The translations under genes and the position numbers were made by a program. 51,091 nucleotides of DNA. Source: Elusimicrobiota bacterium (GTDB taxonomy: Bacteria > CG03 > SLGR01 > JBDRKX01). Location of the stretch: NCBI GenBank assembly GCA_043813605.1, contig JBDRKX010000044.1, forward strand, positions 1-51,091, in the 5' to 3' direction. Shown in pieces: positions 1 through 8,889 of this stretch (within the stretch, counting starts at the first letter, position 1; every line of letters begins with the position of its first letter). The notes below the pieces were generated by a model, which worked only from the letters and a program-made list of their open reading frames with translations, did no database searches and was not told where the DNA came from.

Positions 1-33
1 TTTCCTTGAATTCTATAAGATTTACCACTTAAA

Positions 34-213
34 TTCAGAACTCCTGACATAGGAAACCATATTCGACGATGCAACAAAAGGCTATGTCCGAAAAGTGTCC
101 CATTTAACCTGTCCGCTTTTTTTGCAAATTAAGTATCCATATCGTCGGCAACGAAAGCCTGATAACGAATCTAAGCGGACAAATTCTTAAGTGACTATGT
201 CAGGAGTTCTGAA
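34..213. repeat. Element bounded by a perfect 19-bp inverted repeat, with an internal 9-bp stem
   Basis: TTCAGAACTCCTGACATAG (34-52) is the exact reverse complement of CTATGTCAGGAGTTCTGAA (195-213); inner stem TGTCCGCTT (110-118) / AAGCGGACA (173-181). Function unresolved. Confidence 0.9.
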
Positions 214-222
214 ATTATTGAT

Positions 223-1248
223 TTATTTTTTAAAGGAATCTGCAATATTAATCATATATTCATTTTTATATAAATGTGAGAAATCAGGATTGTCCTTGCC
301 AAATAATAACTGCGGATTGTAAGACCCAAGACGTTGAAATTCTTCTACAAATCCCTCTTGTTGTTCATTCCAGCTATTACTACAAACTCTATTGAGAAAA
401 TGTCTTGACGATATTTTCATTTCATCTAAAGTCGGTCTTTCTTCACCTCGCAAATATGGATACAGCTGTCTATCAACTTCGGATTGACTGCACTTGTGCA
501 ATTGCTCTCCTCGAAGCAAAAAAAAGTCTTTTATTCTCGGCGCCCCTTTAAATATAAATGCATTTCGAAGCATGTTTTCATCAATTGATATGTCTCCAGA
601 GACTAATGACTTTTCAAATTTATGTATGTCAAAAAGATGGCGTGATATAAACATGCTATAAAGTTCAGCTACATCTTCCGGTTTAGGATCTTTCGAACTT
701 CGATAAACGAGTGCGAGGGCTTTTCCCGACCATAGCTCAAATGGGCTTGCTATTAATATCGGTAAGTCATTAAAGATATCAAAGGAACCAAGTTTATAGA
801 TACTGCTTTTTATAGGTTTGAATATTGTTGTTTTCAACAAGTAGCTTATATCTAATTTTACTGTTCCCTCACCAGCTGGAATAAAATTAGATTTATAATG
901 GAAAGCGATACCAAGGCGATTAGACTCAATGTCAGTGGTCCTATAATAATCCATATTGATTTCTTTAGCAATTCGCATAAAAATATCTGCATGTTCTTCA
1001 ATAAATTCATGGTCAAAAATTTTCCCATTATTATGAATGTAATCCAAATCGATATCTACAGACAGCCTTGGAATATCTGTTATAGCTAAGTTTATAGCAG
1101 TACCGCCAATTAAGACTAAACAATGGCGAAGTATCGGATCTTCGTAAATCATTCGTAATACTTCTTTCATATATAGAACTTGTTCTATCATATCAAGTCT
1201 AAAATTGGTTTCTGTATTAATATTCGTTACTAATTGTGGGTCTATCAT
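223..1248 (-). CDS. abiEii: AbiEii/AbiGii-family nucleotidyltransferase toxin (type IV TA / abortive infection)
   Basis: LIGGTAINL...PRLSVDIDL motif, K-ALA and RHLFDI C-terminal motifs; overlaps the end of the upstream AbiEi-like gene. Confidence 0.85.
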   Translation of the reverse strand: MIDPQLVTNINTETNFRLDMIEQVLYMKEVLRMIYEDPILRHCLVLIGGTAINLAITDIPRLSVDIDLDYIHNNGKIFDHEFIEEHADIFMRIAKEINMDYYRTTDIESNRLGIAFHYKSNFIPAGEGTVKLDISYLLKTTIFKPIKSSIYKLGSFDIFNDLPILIASPFELWSGKALALVYRSSKDPKPEDVAELYSMFISRHLFDIHKFEKSLVSGDISIDENMLRNAFIFKGAPRIKDFFLLRGEQLHKCSQSEVDRQLYPYLRGEERPTLDEMKISSRHFLNRVCSNSWNEQQEGFVEEFQRLGSYNPQLLFGKDNPDFSHLYKNEYMINIADSFKK

Positions 1249-2020
1249 TATTAAAACCGAATCTAAGGATGTTTTCTGGTACTATAATATTCCATTCTTT
1301 TATTAATTTCCCATTCTTGTCATCACGTCCTAAAAAGTAGTCGGGATTTTTGGGGATTTTATTTCTAATTTTGGAGATAACCTCATTGGGTATTTTCCAC
1401 TTCTTTTCAAAAAGCTCGAGAAAAAATCCTACTCGCGCATTTAATATCGGGGATCTGAATTTATTTAAACAATTTTCTAATTTTTCCCAATTAAAATATG
1501 AAACGCCTTCAAATGATTTATAAATATGTTCAAAGCCGCCGCTATACTTAATATTATGAAGACAATCAATTAGTGTTCTTTCTATTGTCGTTGTACGAAT
1601 AATACTCCCTTTATGGCTTATTTCTTTAATGAAATTATCTCTTTGAGGTAAGGTTGCATACTTGTATTCTATGTTATTATATTTTAAATCTCTAAATCTT
1701 TTTTTAGAAGAAATGTACATGATATTCATAAATGAATGCGAATGACCTAAGATCATTAACGCACTTGAGTAACAAATAATGGGTTCAACTCCTAATTTTG
1801 CAGCAATTTTAAAATGATCTGCATGAGAGGTTTTGTAATTTTGTTCCGGTTCAACAATAAAATAGATTGCTCTTCTCCCAATACCTTTTATTACCTCACT
1901 CTTTTTAGCTTCGTAAATTTTCTTATTAATACCATTTAAAGATATGTCAGGAAAATCTTTTAGAATATCTTCTTTTGTAAATACCCCTGTATTTTTGTAT
2001 TTTTTATATAATTCGTTCAT
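1217..2020 (-). CDS. abiEi: AbiEi-family antitoxin / transcriptional regulator
   Basis: N-terminal wHTH-like region (VFTKEDI...IYFIV), ICYSSAL..LG, TTIERTLIDCL...YSGG and terminal W-N-I-I-V-P motif typical of AbiEi; directly upstream of AbiEii. Confidence 0.85.
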   Translation of the reverse strand: MNELYKKYKNTGVFTKEDILKDFPDISLNGINKKIYEAKKSEVIKGIGRRAIYFIVEPEQNYKTSHADHFKIAAKLGVEPIICYSSALMILGHSHSFMNIMYISSKKRFRDLKYNNIEYKYATLPQRDNFIKEISHKGSIIRTTTIERTLIDCLHNIKYSGGFEHIYKSFEGVSYFNWEKLENCLNKFRSPILNARVGFFLELFEKKWKIPNEVISKIRNKIPKNPDYFLGRDDKNGKLIKEWNIIVPENILRFGFNNDRPTISNEY

Positions 2021-2033
2021 TTGCTTATTGCGT

Positions 2034-2064
2034 ACGTTATGGTATTATTATAATACCATAACGT
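2034..2064. promoter_or_regulatory. Operator palindrome IR1 of the abiE operon
   Basis: Perfect 15-bp arms ACGTTATGGTATTAT / ATAATACCATAACGT with a 1-nt centre; overlaps the predicted -10. Confidence 0.75.
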
Positions 2065-2078
2065 GTAAAATAAGTCAA
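2050..2078 (-). promoter_or_regulatory. Sigma70-type promoter of abiEi-abiEii
   Basis: Minus strand TTGACT (2078-2073), 17 nt, TATTAT (2055-2050). Confidence 0.6.
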
Positions 2079-2115
2079 TAGCTCCGCTTCAGACAAATTG
2101 CTTGCTTAACTTTAA

Positions 2116-2144
2116 CGTTATGGTACATAATTAGTACCATAACG
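2116..2144. promoter_or_regulatory. Operator palindrome IR2 of the abiE operon
   Basis: CGTTATGGTA-N9-TACCATAACG, with the same core and spacing as IR1. Confidence 0.7.
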
Positions 2145-2502
2145 CGCATAACAAGCAAATACTAGGTAATTTCCTTTCATTTGTATATTGCTCTAGATAC
2201 TTTGATTTAAATCCGCTCGGATTTATCTTATTTAAGCGGAGCAAACCCCTGTTTTTGAATTCCGGAATCTTTGAATCCTAACTCTTTATTTCGAATCTGC
2301 GGAGTCTGCTGGGCGGATTTGTGGCAAACAAGCGGAGCATTTGGGTTTTGCATAGTACAGCTTCCCGAATAAACTCTGTTCATAGCATATATGTTTTTAG
2401 TTGCAAATAGTCCCTTATAATATATCTTTTCGCAAACAGAAAGACTGCTAAGTTATTCTCTCTGTGTATTCTTTTCATACAGAAAGCCGTCACACAAAGG
2501 CC

Positions 2503-2531
2503 GCGGCGTATGCCCGCAGGGCTGAAGCCGC
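2503..2531. other. GC-rich nested hairpin (terminator- or REP-like) after the PorV-like gene
   Basis: GCGGC/GCCGC outer and GCCC/GGGC inner stems immediately after the stop codon at 2537. Confidence 0.4.
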
Positions 2532-2536
2532 CCGTT

Positions 2537-4390
2537 CTACGGCTGTATTTTGGCCTTAGTTTTGCGGACTGCTTCTAATGCCGGTAGATTCTCATGTAGT
2601 TCATTAAAAGTAACCAGTTCATTATATAATGGGACAGGGTTTTCCCCTGTAGCATAATTAATGGCTGTCAAGTAGTAGAGTTTATCCGCATACATTTCAT
2701 CCTGTAACGAAAATTCTTTGATTTTAAGATACTTCTTTTTGGATATCTCCATCTGGTCATTAAAAGACGTATCTTCAGGCTTAAGCTCATGCGCTTTATA
2801 GAATAATTTGTATGCTTCGACATAATTCTTCTTATTAATATTTTCCATCCCCAGGGATACCATTTTATAGAGATACAGTTCTTTATTATCCTTCAATATG
2901 GAATTTAAATTAATGGTAATACTTGATTCCGGAGCAAACAAATTAAGTTTCTGGAAAAGAGTTACTGCCTTCAAAAAATCATTTGCGTCTATTTCAGCAT
3001 TAATATATTCTGCCAATTTATCAATATAATCACTTCTTATATTATCAACATTATTCTTCTCATCCCCCGAAAGACTGTTATAAAGATTATTTATAAAAGA
3101 AACAGTATTTCGATCATTTGGATTAGTATCATAAGCCTTTAAATAGTTCTTATAAGCCAGCAAATTGTCATTACCGCGGTATTGGTTAGCTTTGGAAAGG
3201 TATTCATTAGATTTATTCGCAGATATCGTATTCTCATATACTTCCAGCAAGTCTTTGGCATGTTTATTGTCATTCGGTTTAAGCGGAATAGCCTTTTTCA
3301 GCAATTCGACTGCCTGATTATAATTATTCCGTTCTGCCAACTCTTTTGCGTTCCTGATATACCTGTCATATATTCGTAAAGCCTTCTTATAAACCTTCTG
3401 GAACTCGTCGGTAAATGTAACTGATACCGGCTCAACTTCTTTCTCATTGAATTTATATGAAAATCCGATATTATGGAATGATGTAAAGGACTTTAATGAA
3501 TAGGCGTAATCAAATACCAGGTCACCGGCAGACAGTCCAGCGCCGAAAGATACATTATCATTATAACCGGCTCTTAGAATTACGATATTCAGCAGCTTAT
3601 AATACACCCCGTATGACAAAAACACCTTTGATTCCCGGCAATTGATATCTGTAGCAAAAAGCAGCTCATCATAGGAAAGAATATTCTTGACTTTATTATA
3701 CCTGGGAAACAGGGTCAGTTTGGCAGATATACCCCCTTTTATAATAAGCGGCAGCTTCTCTTTCTCGGAGACAATACGTACAGGTTTCTGCACGATATTC
3801 TTAAAATTTATACCAGTATCAATATGCAGGCCTTTTGCCAGCGGGTTACCGAAAGAAAACAGTTTCTTTGCCAGGCCTATATCCAGCCCTATGCCATAAT
3901 CATTAAGATCATACATATCGTATTTCATGTAATTAATGGAACACCCGGACGAAAGTTTAAGTCTCTTGATGTAAATCGAGTAAGCGCCTGTTAAAAGAAG
4001 CCGGCTGCAGTAAGTATCCGACGGCTCATCGTCGATATGCTGCCGCACTTCGATATTATCCCTGTATAGCTGAGTACCGGTAATGGCAAATGCTGACCTG
4101 TCCAGGGCATATGAAAAACCCAGAAAATCATACCTGGCAGTATCGAATAAAAATGTGTGAGAAGCCGAAACATATGAAGCCGTAAACCTGTGCAGCAGAG
4201 CCGGATTATAGTAAACCACGCTTATATCTTCCCCGAAAGCCGTGAATGTCTCTCCGAGCCCTGAAGCTGCCACCCCTGGCCCATGATACAGGAAATGGCT
4301 GCGTATACCTGATTCAGCAGCCAGTAACGGGCAGGTAACGCAAATAATAAGCAATGTGATACGACTTATTTTATTATTAAAATGTAGCAT
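2537..4390 (-). CDS. PorV/PorQ-like outer-membrane beta-barrel protein with C-terminal TPR repeats
   Basis: Signal peptide; GPGVAASGLGE-F-A...YYNPALL N-terminal motif of the PorV family; barrel-ending FDYAY...HNIGFSYKF; then TPR-like helices (AVELLKKAIPLKP, AYKLFYKAHELKP). Confidence 0.75.
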   Translation of the reverse strand: MLHFNNKISRITLLIICVTCPLLAAESGIRSHFLYHGPGVAASGLGETFTAFGEDISVVYYNPALLHRFTASYVSASHTFLFDTARYDFLGFSYALDRSAFAITGTQLYRDNIEVRQHIDDEPSDTYCSRLLLTGAYSIYIKRLKLSSGCSINYMKYDMYDLNDYGIGLDIGLAKKLFSFGNPLAKGLHIDTGINFKNIVQKPVRIVSEKEKLPLIIKGGISAKLTLFPRYNKVKNILSYDELLFATDINCRESKVFLSYGVYYKLLNIVILRAGYNDNVSFGAGLSAGDLVFDYAYSLKSFTSFHNIGFSYKFNEKEVEPVSVTFTDEFQKVYKKALRIYDRYIRNAKELAERNNYNQAVELLKKAIPLKPNDNKHAKDLLEVYENTISANKSNEYLSKANQYRGNDNLLAYKNYLKAYDTNPNDRNTVSFINNLYNSLSGDEKNNVDNIRSDYIDKLAEYINAEIDANDFLKAVTLFQKLNLFAPESSITINLNSILKDNKELYLYKMVSLGMENINKKNYVEAYKLFYKAHELKPEDTSFNDQMEISKKKYLKIKEFSLQDEMYADKLYYLTAINYATGENPVPLYNELVTFNELHENLPALEAVRKTKAKIQP

Positions 4391-7146
4391 GTCGCCTCAC
4401 CATCGCTTTTATCGAGCCTGGCTATATAAGAGCCGTTATAAAGCGCTTCCCCTGAATTATCCCTGCCGTCGTATCTGAAAGAATTAGTTCCGGGCAATGC
4501 CTCTATATCTTCCTGATATACAAGATCCGCAAATTCAGAATACACATAGAACTTAACCGTCTGTATCTCACCGGATTTAAAAACAAAAGTCGTATATTCC
4601 TCTAATGGATTAAACGGATTCGGGTAATTGAAAACCTGGTTATCTTCAAGGTCAAGAGTACTAAAAGAAAAAATATTACTCATAGCTGATGCCCCATGTA
4701 TATCTTCAGCTTTAACCTGCCACAAATATAGCCGGCCCGGAGTCAGATTACGTACAGTGTAGGATGGATCTATTCCGGTATAAACAGGATAGAGTATACC
4801 GGTATTCTTTGCCGCTGCCGGAGAGAGTTTATTATTCTGCGGTTCACTCAAATACAGAGTATAAATAATTCTTTCGTTATCCGGCTCATCCGCACGCCAG
4901 CAGAGGGCAATTTCCGAAGATATCGCAGTACATCCATCATAAAAATCAGGATTATCAGGATTTGTTACCATCTCAGGCATACTCGGAGCCCGAGAAAACA
5001 CAGTAAAAGAGAATGTCTTATTCCAGTCAAATGAAGTATCCCATTTATCATAAACAGCTATATCGTATGAATAATTCTCAGACAGATCCGGGAAAGAAGC
5101 AATTACAGAATAAATTGCCCCTGTATCATAATTTCCTGATACATGTTCCATTATATAGGCGCAGTAAAGAGAATTATCCCTGTATATATTCAGCTTTGGA
5201 TATTTATCTTTAGGCGGATCATTATCCAAATCAGAATAACGGACTTTAAATGTAATTGTCATTGTAGGAGTAGCCACATCGTAATTCAAACAATCATTTA
5301 CATACCCGGATTCTCCTGTAAACGACAAGACAGGGGGATTGGACACTACTTGAAAAGTAAAATTATTATCTAATATAAACGAAGAGCCATTAACATCATA
5401 TGACTCTATGTAATATGCATAATTCTTAGAATATTCACTAAAAAAAGTGGAAGTTGAATATATGGCTCCGGTAAGATAATCCCCGGACACATAATTCATT
5501 GACGAGACCCTGTAAGGCTGCCCGTCCTTCAATATATGCGCCTTCGGATACCCATTTCCCGGAGCGTCATTCTCAGTATCCACATATTTAACAGAAAACG
5601 AAAAGGAACAATTGCCGGTAGTACCCGCGCCTGGTTCTATACAATCAGCATAATAGCCTTCTGTGCCTGTAAATATCAGGGTTGTGCCTGAAATCCTCTT
5701 GAAATTATTATCGTAACTGTGTTCAAGTGTACCCGTAAAATCAATGCTCGCCGGGCTGAATGAATAATAGGCATACGAAGACGGCGTCACCGTATAAGCA
5801 GCAGTAGTAACAAAGAACTCCCAGTACCCATCCGGCCCTGTAATGCGCATATCACTCTCGGCGCCGGACAGAGTCACCGCGACACTGCCCATGGGGTCAT
5901 TATTCGGATCATATACGTATCCTGATATATAACTGCGGATATCTAAAACTGACCCGTTTGACGGGGATAACGTGGATGATGAGCCGCTTACATCTTTTGC
6001 AGTAAAATCGTATGTATAAACAGCCGGGGTGAAATTACTTGTAGAAATGGAAAATACGGCCCCGGCATCATAGGGGCCGGATTCATAATTCATAGATAGT
6101 GTTTTGACTAAATTAGAATCTTTGTAAATATTAACAGCAGGATACCCGGATGAAAAATCAGGCGGGTCATTTTCATTGTCTGAATATTCTACTCTGAAAG
6201 TATATATATTACTGCTTAAAACAACTTCAGGGTCAAGACCATCATTTGTATAATTAACTTCTCCTGTCCAGTTTAATGCAGGCGCGGAATTATCTCTTGT
6301 ATAATTATGCCCGGTTTGATTACTTGCAGTATTATTATAGTTCCTGCTTGGTGGTGTAAATGAATAATATGCGTGAGAACTTGGCGTAACGGTATAATTT
6401 TCTGTTCCTATGAAGAATTGATAATACCCCTCTGATCCTGTAAGATAATTGTCGATGTCATCTCCCGAGAGAACCATGCTAACGCTCGGCATTGAGCTGC
6501 CATCAATATTATACACATATCCTGACACTAAACTATAAACAGCCGGCCCGGAACCATACTTTTTATCGGCATACTCATAGTTCTTATCGTATGTTTCTAT
6601 AAAATATGTATGACCATTGCCTGCGGCCGGAGTATTTGCGGAAAAGGTATAGATCGCGCCGCTTTTGAAATCTCCTGACACATAGGACATTGTAAAAGGA
6701 CTACTGCTTACTTCTATGCTGTTATTTAGTATATGCAGCTTCGGATACCCATCTAAAGGCTCATTATTATTTCCGTCATAGTATTTAACTCTGTAAGTAT
6801 AGGTTTGTGTAGACGTGCCTGCATCAGGCTCGATATAATCATTTATATACCCTTCTTCTCCGGTAGAAGTAAGATATGGAGGAGCATTTACAAAAGATTC
6901 ATGTATTGCATAGAAAACCTCGGTATTGCTAAAAGAAGCATTAAAGGGATTCAATACAGTTATACACGTATCCACATAAGTAGAACCATTAACTTGATAA
7001 TATCGGCACGGATACAGGCCGGACATAACTTCAATACCGACAAAATCATTTGTAATAATTGAATCTCCATGAATATCCGAAGAAAAACATATTGAAATTA
7101 ATAAAAATAACAAAAATAAAGATATTAATCTGATAAACATAATCAA
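4366..7146 (-). CDS. Secreted repeat-rich surface protein with C-terminal T9SS-type/FlgD-Ig domain
   Basis: Signal peptide; four copies of a TGE.GY..D...F.V.Y.D..N..P..YP..I...M..VSG....GAIY unit; two prealbumin-like SGYVY..G..M..V...LSG units; FN3-like domain; C-terminal FNYPNPFNP...YDGRD.SG..L.NG.Y. Confidence 0.75.
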   Translation of the reverse strand: MIMFIRLISLFLLFLLISICFSSDIHGDSIITNDFVGIEVMSGLYPCRYYQVNGSTYVDTCITVLNPFNASFSNTEVFYAIHESFVNAPPYLTSTGEEGYINDYIEPDAGTSTQTYTYRVKYYDGNNNEPLDGYPKLHILNNSIEVSSSPFTMSYVSGDFKSGAIYTFSANTPAAGNGHTYFIETYDKNYEYADKKYGSGPAVYSLVSGYVYNIDGSSMPSVSMVLSGDDIDNYLTGSEGYYQFFIGTENYTVTPSSHAYYSFTPPSRNYNNTASNQTGHNYTRDNSAPALNWTGEVNYTNDGLDPEVVLSSNIYTFRVEYSDNENDPPDFSSGYPAVNIYKDSNLVKTLSMNYESGPYDAGAVFSISTSNFTPAVYTYDFTAKDVSGSSSTLSPSNGSVLDIRSYISGYVYDPNNDPMGSVAVTLSGAESDMRITGPDGYWEFFVTTAAYTVTPSSYAYYSFSPASIDFTGTLEHSYDNNFKRISGTTLIFTGTEGYYADCIEPGAGTTGNCSFSFSVKYVDTENDAPGNGYPKAHILKDGQPYRVSSMNYVSGDYLTGAIYSTSTFFSEYSKNYAYYIESYDVNGSSFILDNNFTFQVVSNPPVLSFTGESGYVNDCLNYDVATPTMTITFKVRYSDLDNDPPKDKYPKLNIYRDNSLYCAYIMEHVSGNYDTGAIYSVIASFPDLSENYSYDIAVYDKWDTSFDWNKTFSFTVFSRAPSMPEMVTNPDNPDFYDGCTAISSEIALCWRADEPDNERIIYTLYLSEPQNNKLSPAAAKNTGILYPVYTGIDPSYTVRNLTPGRLYLWQVKAEDIHGASAMSNIFSFSTLDLEDNQVFNYPNPFNPLEEYTTFVFKSGEIQTVKFYVYSEFADLVYQEDIEALPGTNSFRYDGRDNSGEALYNGSYIARLDKSDGEATCYILIIK

Positions 7147-7192
7147 TCCTTATGGATATATTGTGTTTGCATATTTATGAATCTTATCGGCT

Positions 7193-7315
7193 TTAAATAT
7201 TGTCTTTTTGGGAAAATATGTTATCTAAAGCACTATCAGTAACTGCTAAACCTGAAACACTATGAGTGTGGGCTCCGGCCGCATCTGTTGTATCGGAATT
7301 GGACTGAGAGGATAC
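7193..7315 (-). pseudogene. Remnant of an HxH tail-fibre-type coding segment
   Basis: Startless frame between two stops reads VSSQSNSDTTDAAGAHTHSVSG..., resembling SADTSSAGSHSHTFATG of the upstream gene. Confidence 0.5.
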
Positions 7316-7371
7316 TTAACTCGTAAAATCAGCCCATTCGCGCTATTGTAACCAGTTAACAAGCAAGTTAC

Positions 7372-8364
7372 TCACAACCTCATTATAAATGCTAACGTAT
7401 AATAGGGAGGCCTATTTTCATGTGATGTTCCCCCTCCTGTAGAATTAGTTGTTCCAGAATGTGTATGTGATGTACTTTCAGTCCCTGTCGCAAAAGTATG
7501 GGAATGACTACCTGCGGAGCTCGTATCAGCTGAAGACTCATTCCCCCAATATGTTGATCCCGTCGTTCCTCCTGCGGAATAATATGCCGCTTTAGTTGTG
7601 TATGAATGGGTATGGCTACCATTAGACGATGTAGTTCCAGAGTGTGAATGTGTATTACTTTCAGTCCCTGAAGTAAAAGGATGAGTATGTCCCGGCATCT
7701 CTGCAGTAATCAATGTATGTGCCTTTTCTCCCCCGGCATTTCCCACACTAGAGTAATCTCCATCACTTGAATTATATCCCACAATAAACCTGCCTCTTAA
7801 ATCAGGAGTACCGCTTGCGCCATCGCATAATGCCCATCCATCCGGCAGATCCCCGGGATTACCTGACCACATTATAATTGCCCCCTTCGGCACCATGTAA
7901 TATGTAGTACTGGCAGTTAAACACTTAAGCTGCGTATTTTCTATTGAAAGAGATGATATTTCAGACCCTATAGTTAAACCTATCGTACCGGCATTTATAG
8001 TTATGCCTTCAGATGTCCCGGCATGCAAGGCATAAGCGTTTGAAGTAACCTTCTGCCTGGGTATAAGGATACTTCCCCCGACCAGTGTCTCTATCCAGAG
8101 ATCCTGCTTCCTCCAGTCCACATCAGGCTCAAGCACATGATTAAACACACCGGACGAGACAAATATAACATGGTCGTTTGATGTCCACAAAAGATTACCT
8201 CCGGAATCCGCATCATAGATATTAAACTTAAAAGTCCGGTTACCGGTCACCCCTACGTCGCTCTCCCTCAATCTCCCCTGATAATTTATTTCATTGGGAA
8301 CCCCTGCAAAAACCAGACAGGGCATGAATAAAATCAAAATAAATAAAACAAATTTAGCTTTCAT
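7372..8364 (-). CDS. Secreted phage tail-collar / tail-fibre-like protein
   Basis: Signal peptide followed by VPNEINYQGRL; tail-collar motif PKGAIIMWSG...GWALCDG...TPDLRGRFIVG; multiple HxH motifs; terminal HENRPPYYTLAFIM. Confidence 0.8.
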   Translation of the reverse strand: MKAKFVLFILILFMPCLVFAGVPNEINYQGRLRESDVGVTGNRTFKFNIYDADSGGNLLWTSNDHVIFVSSGVFNHVLEPDVDWRKQDLWIETLVGGSILIPRQKVTSNAYALHAGTSEGITINAGTIGLTIGSEISSLSIENTQLKCLTASTTYYMVPKGAIIMWSGNPGDLPDGWALCDGASGTPDLRGRFIVGYNSSDGDYSSVGNAGGEKAHTLITAEMPGHTHPFTSGTESNTHSHSGTTSSNGSHTHSYTTKAAYYSAGGTTGSTYWGNESSADTSSAGSHSHTFATGTESTSHTHSGTTNSTGGGTSHENRPPYYTLAFIMRL

Positions 8365-8636
8365 AGATATATCCTAAAGTTATAATCCTCCATAAATATG
8401 ATAAGCCACAAAGGCCGGATTCCCAAAAAGGGAAACACACATTAGAGATTAGGTGTTTCCACGACCAGCGATTTCCATGCTTGTTTTCCCCGGAGATTGT
8501 TTATAAAATATGCTTGGTATTGTATAGATATAAAGAAAAGTTTCATACTGTAACGTTGTAACATACACTTTATATGAGCAGATTCTTTTTACATATTTGA
8601 ACGGAGTACAATAAAAATGAAAAAGGAAAATTAAAT

Positions 8637-8822
8637 ATGGTCGGGAAAATTATTGCTTTTTGGTTTATTTGGTTTATTGTTTCTATAACAATAGGAAAGA
8701 TATGGCCTTCATCTGTAGATGGACAGGAAAAGGTTATTCCACTTTCCTTTGGAAATGGAATTATTGGATTCATTGTAACAGTTTTATTGGTAACTGCAAT
8801 TAAAGCAATAGTCTTGCATTAA
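8637..8822 (+). CDS. Small membrane protein (two hydrophobic segments)
   Basis: 61-aa ORF with AAGGA upstream and two predicted TM stretches. Confidence 0.5.
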   Translation: MVGKIIAFWFIWFIVSITIGKIWPSSVDGQEKVIPLSFGNGIIGFIVTVLLVTAIKAIVLH

Positions 8823-8838
8823 TAAAATATGAAGAAGC

Positions 8839-8887
8839 TGAAGTCTACAGAAAGAAAATGAACTTAAGAAGTACGTCTTACTCGTAA
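8839..8887 (+). repeat. Bipartite intergenic repeat, copy 1
   Basis: TGAAGTCTACAGAAAGAA-N18-GTCTTACTCGTAA. Confidence 0.75.
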
Positions 8888-8889
8888 AA

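Noticed and set aside
7193..7650. Diversity-generating retroelement template/variable repeat pair
   Set aside because: The remnant is not a near-identical DNA copy with adenine-specific differences, and no RT is adjacent.
7372..8364. Prophage tail region
   Set aside because: The protein has a signal peptide and no capsid, terminase, baseplate or other tail genes are present.
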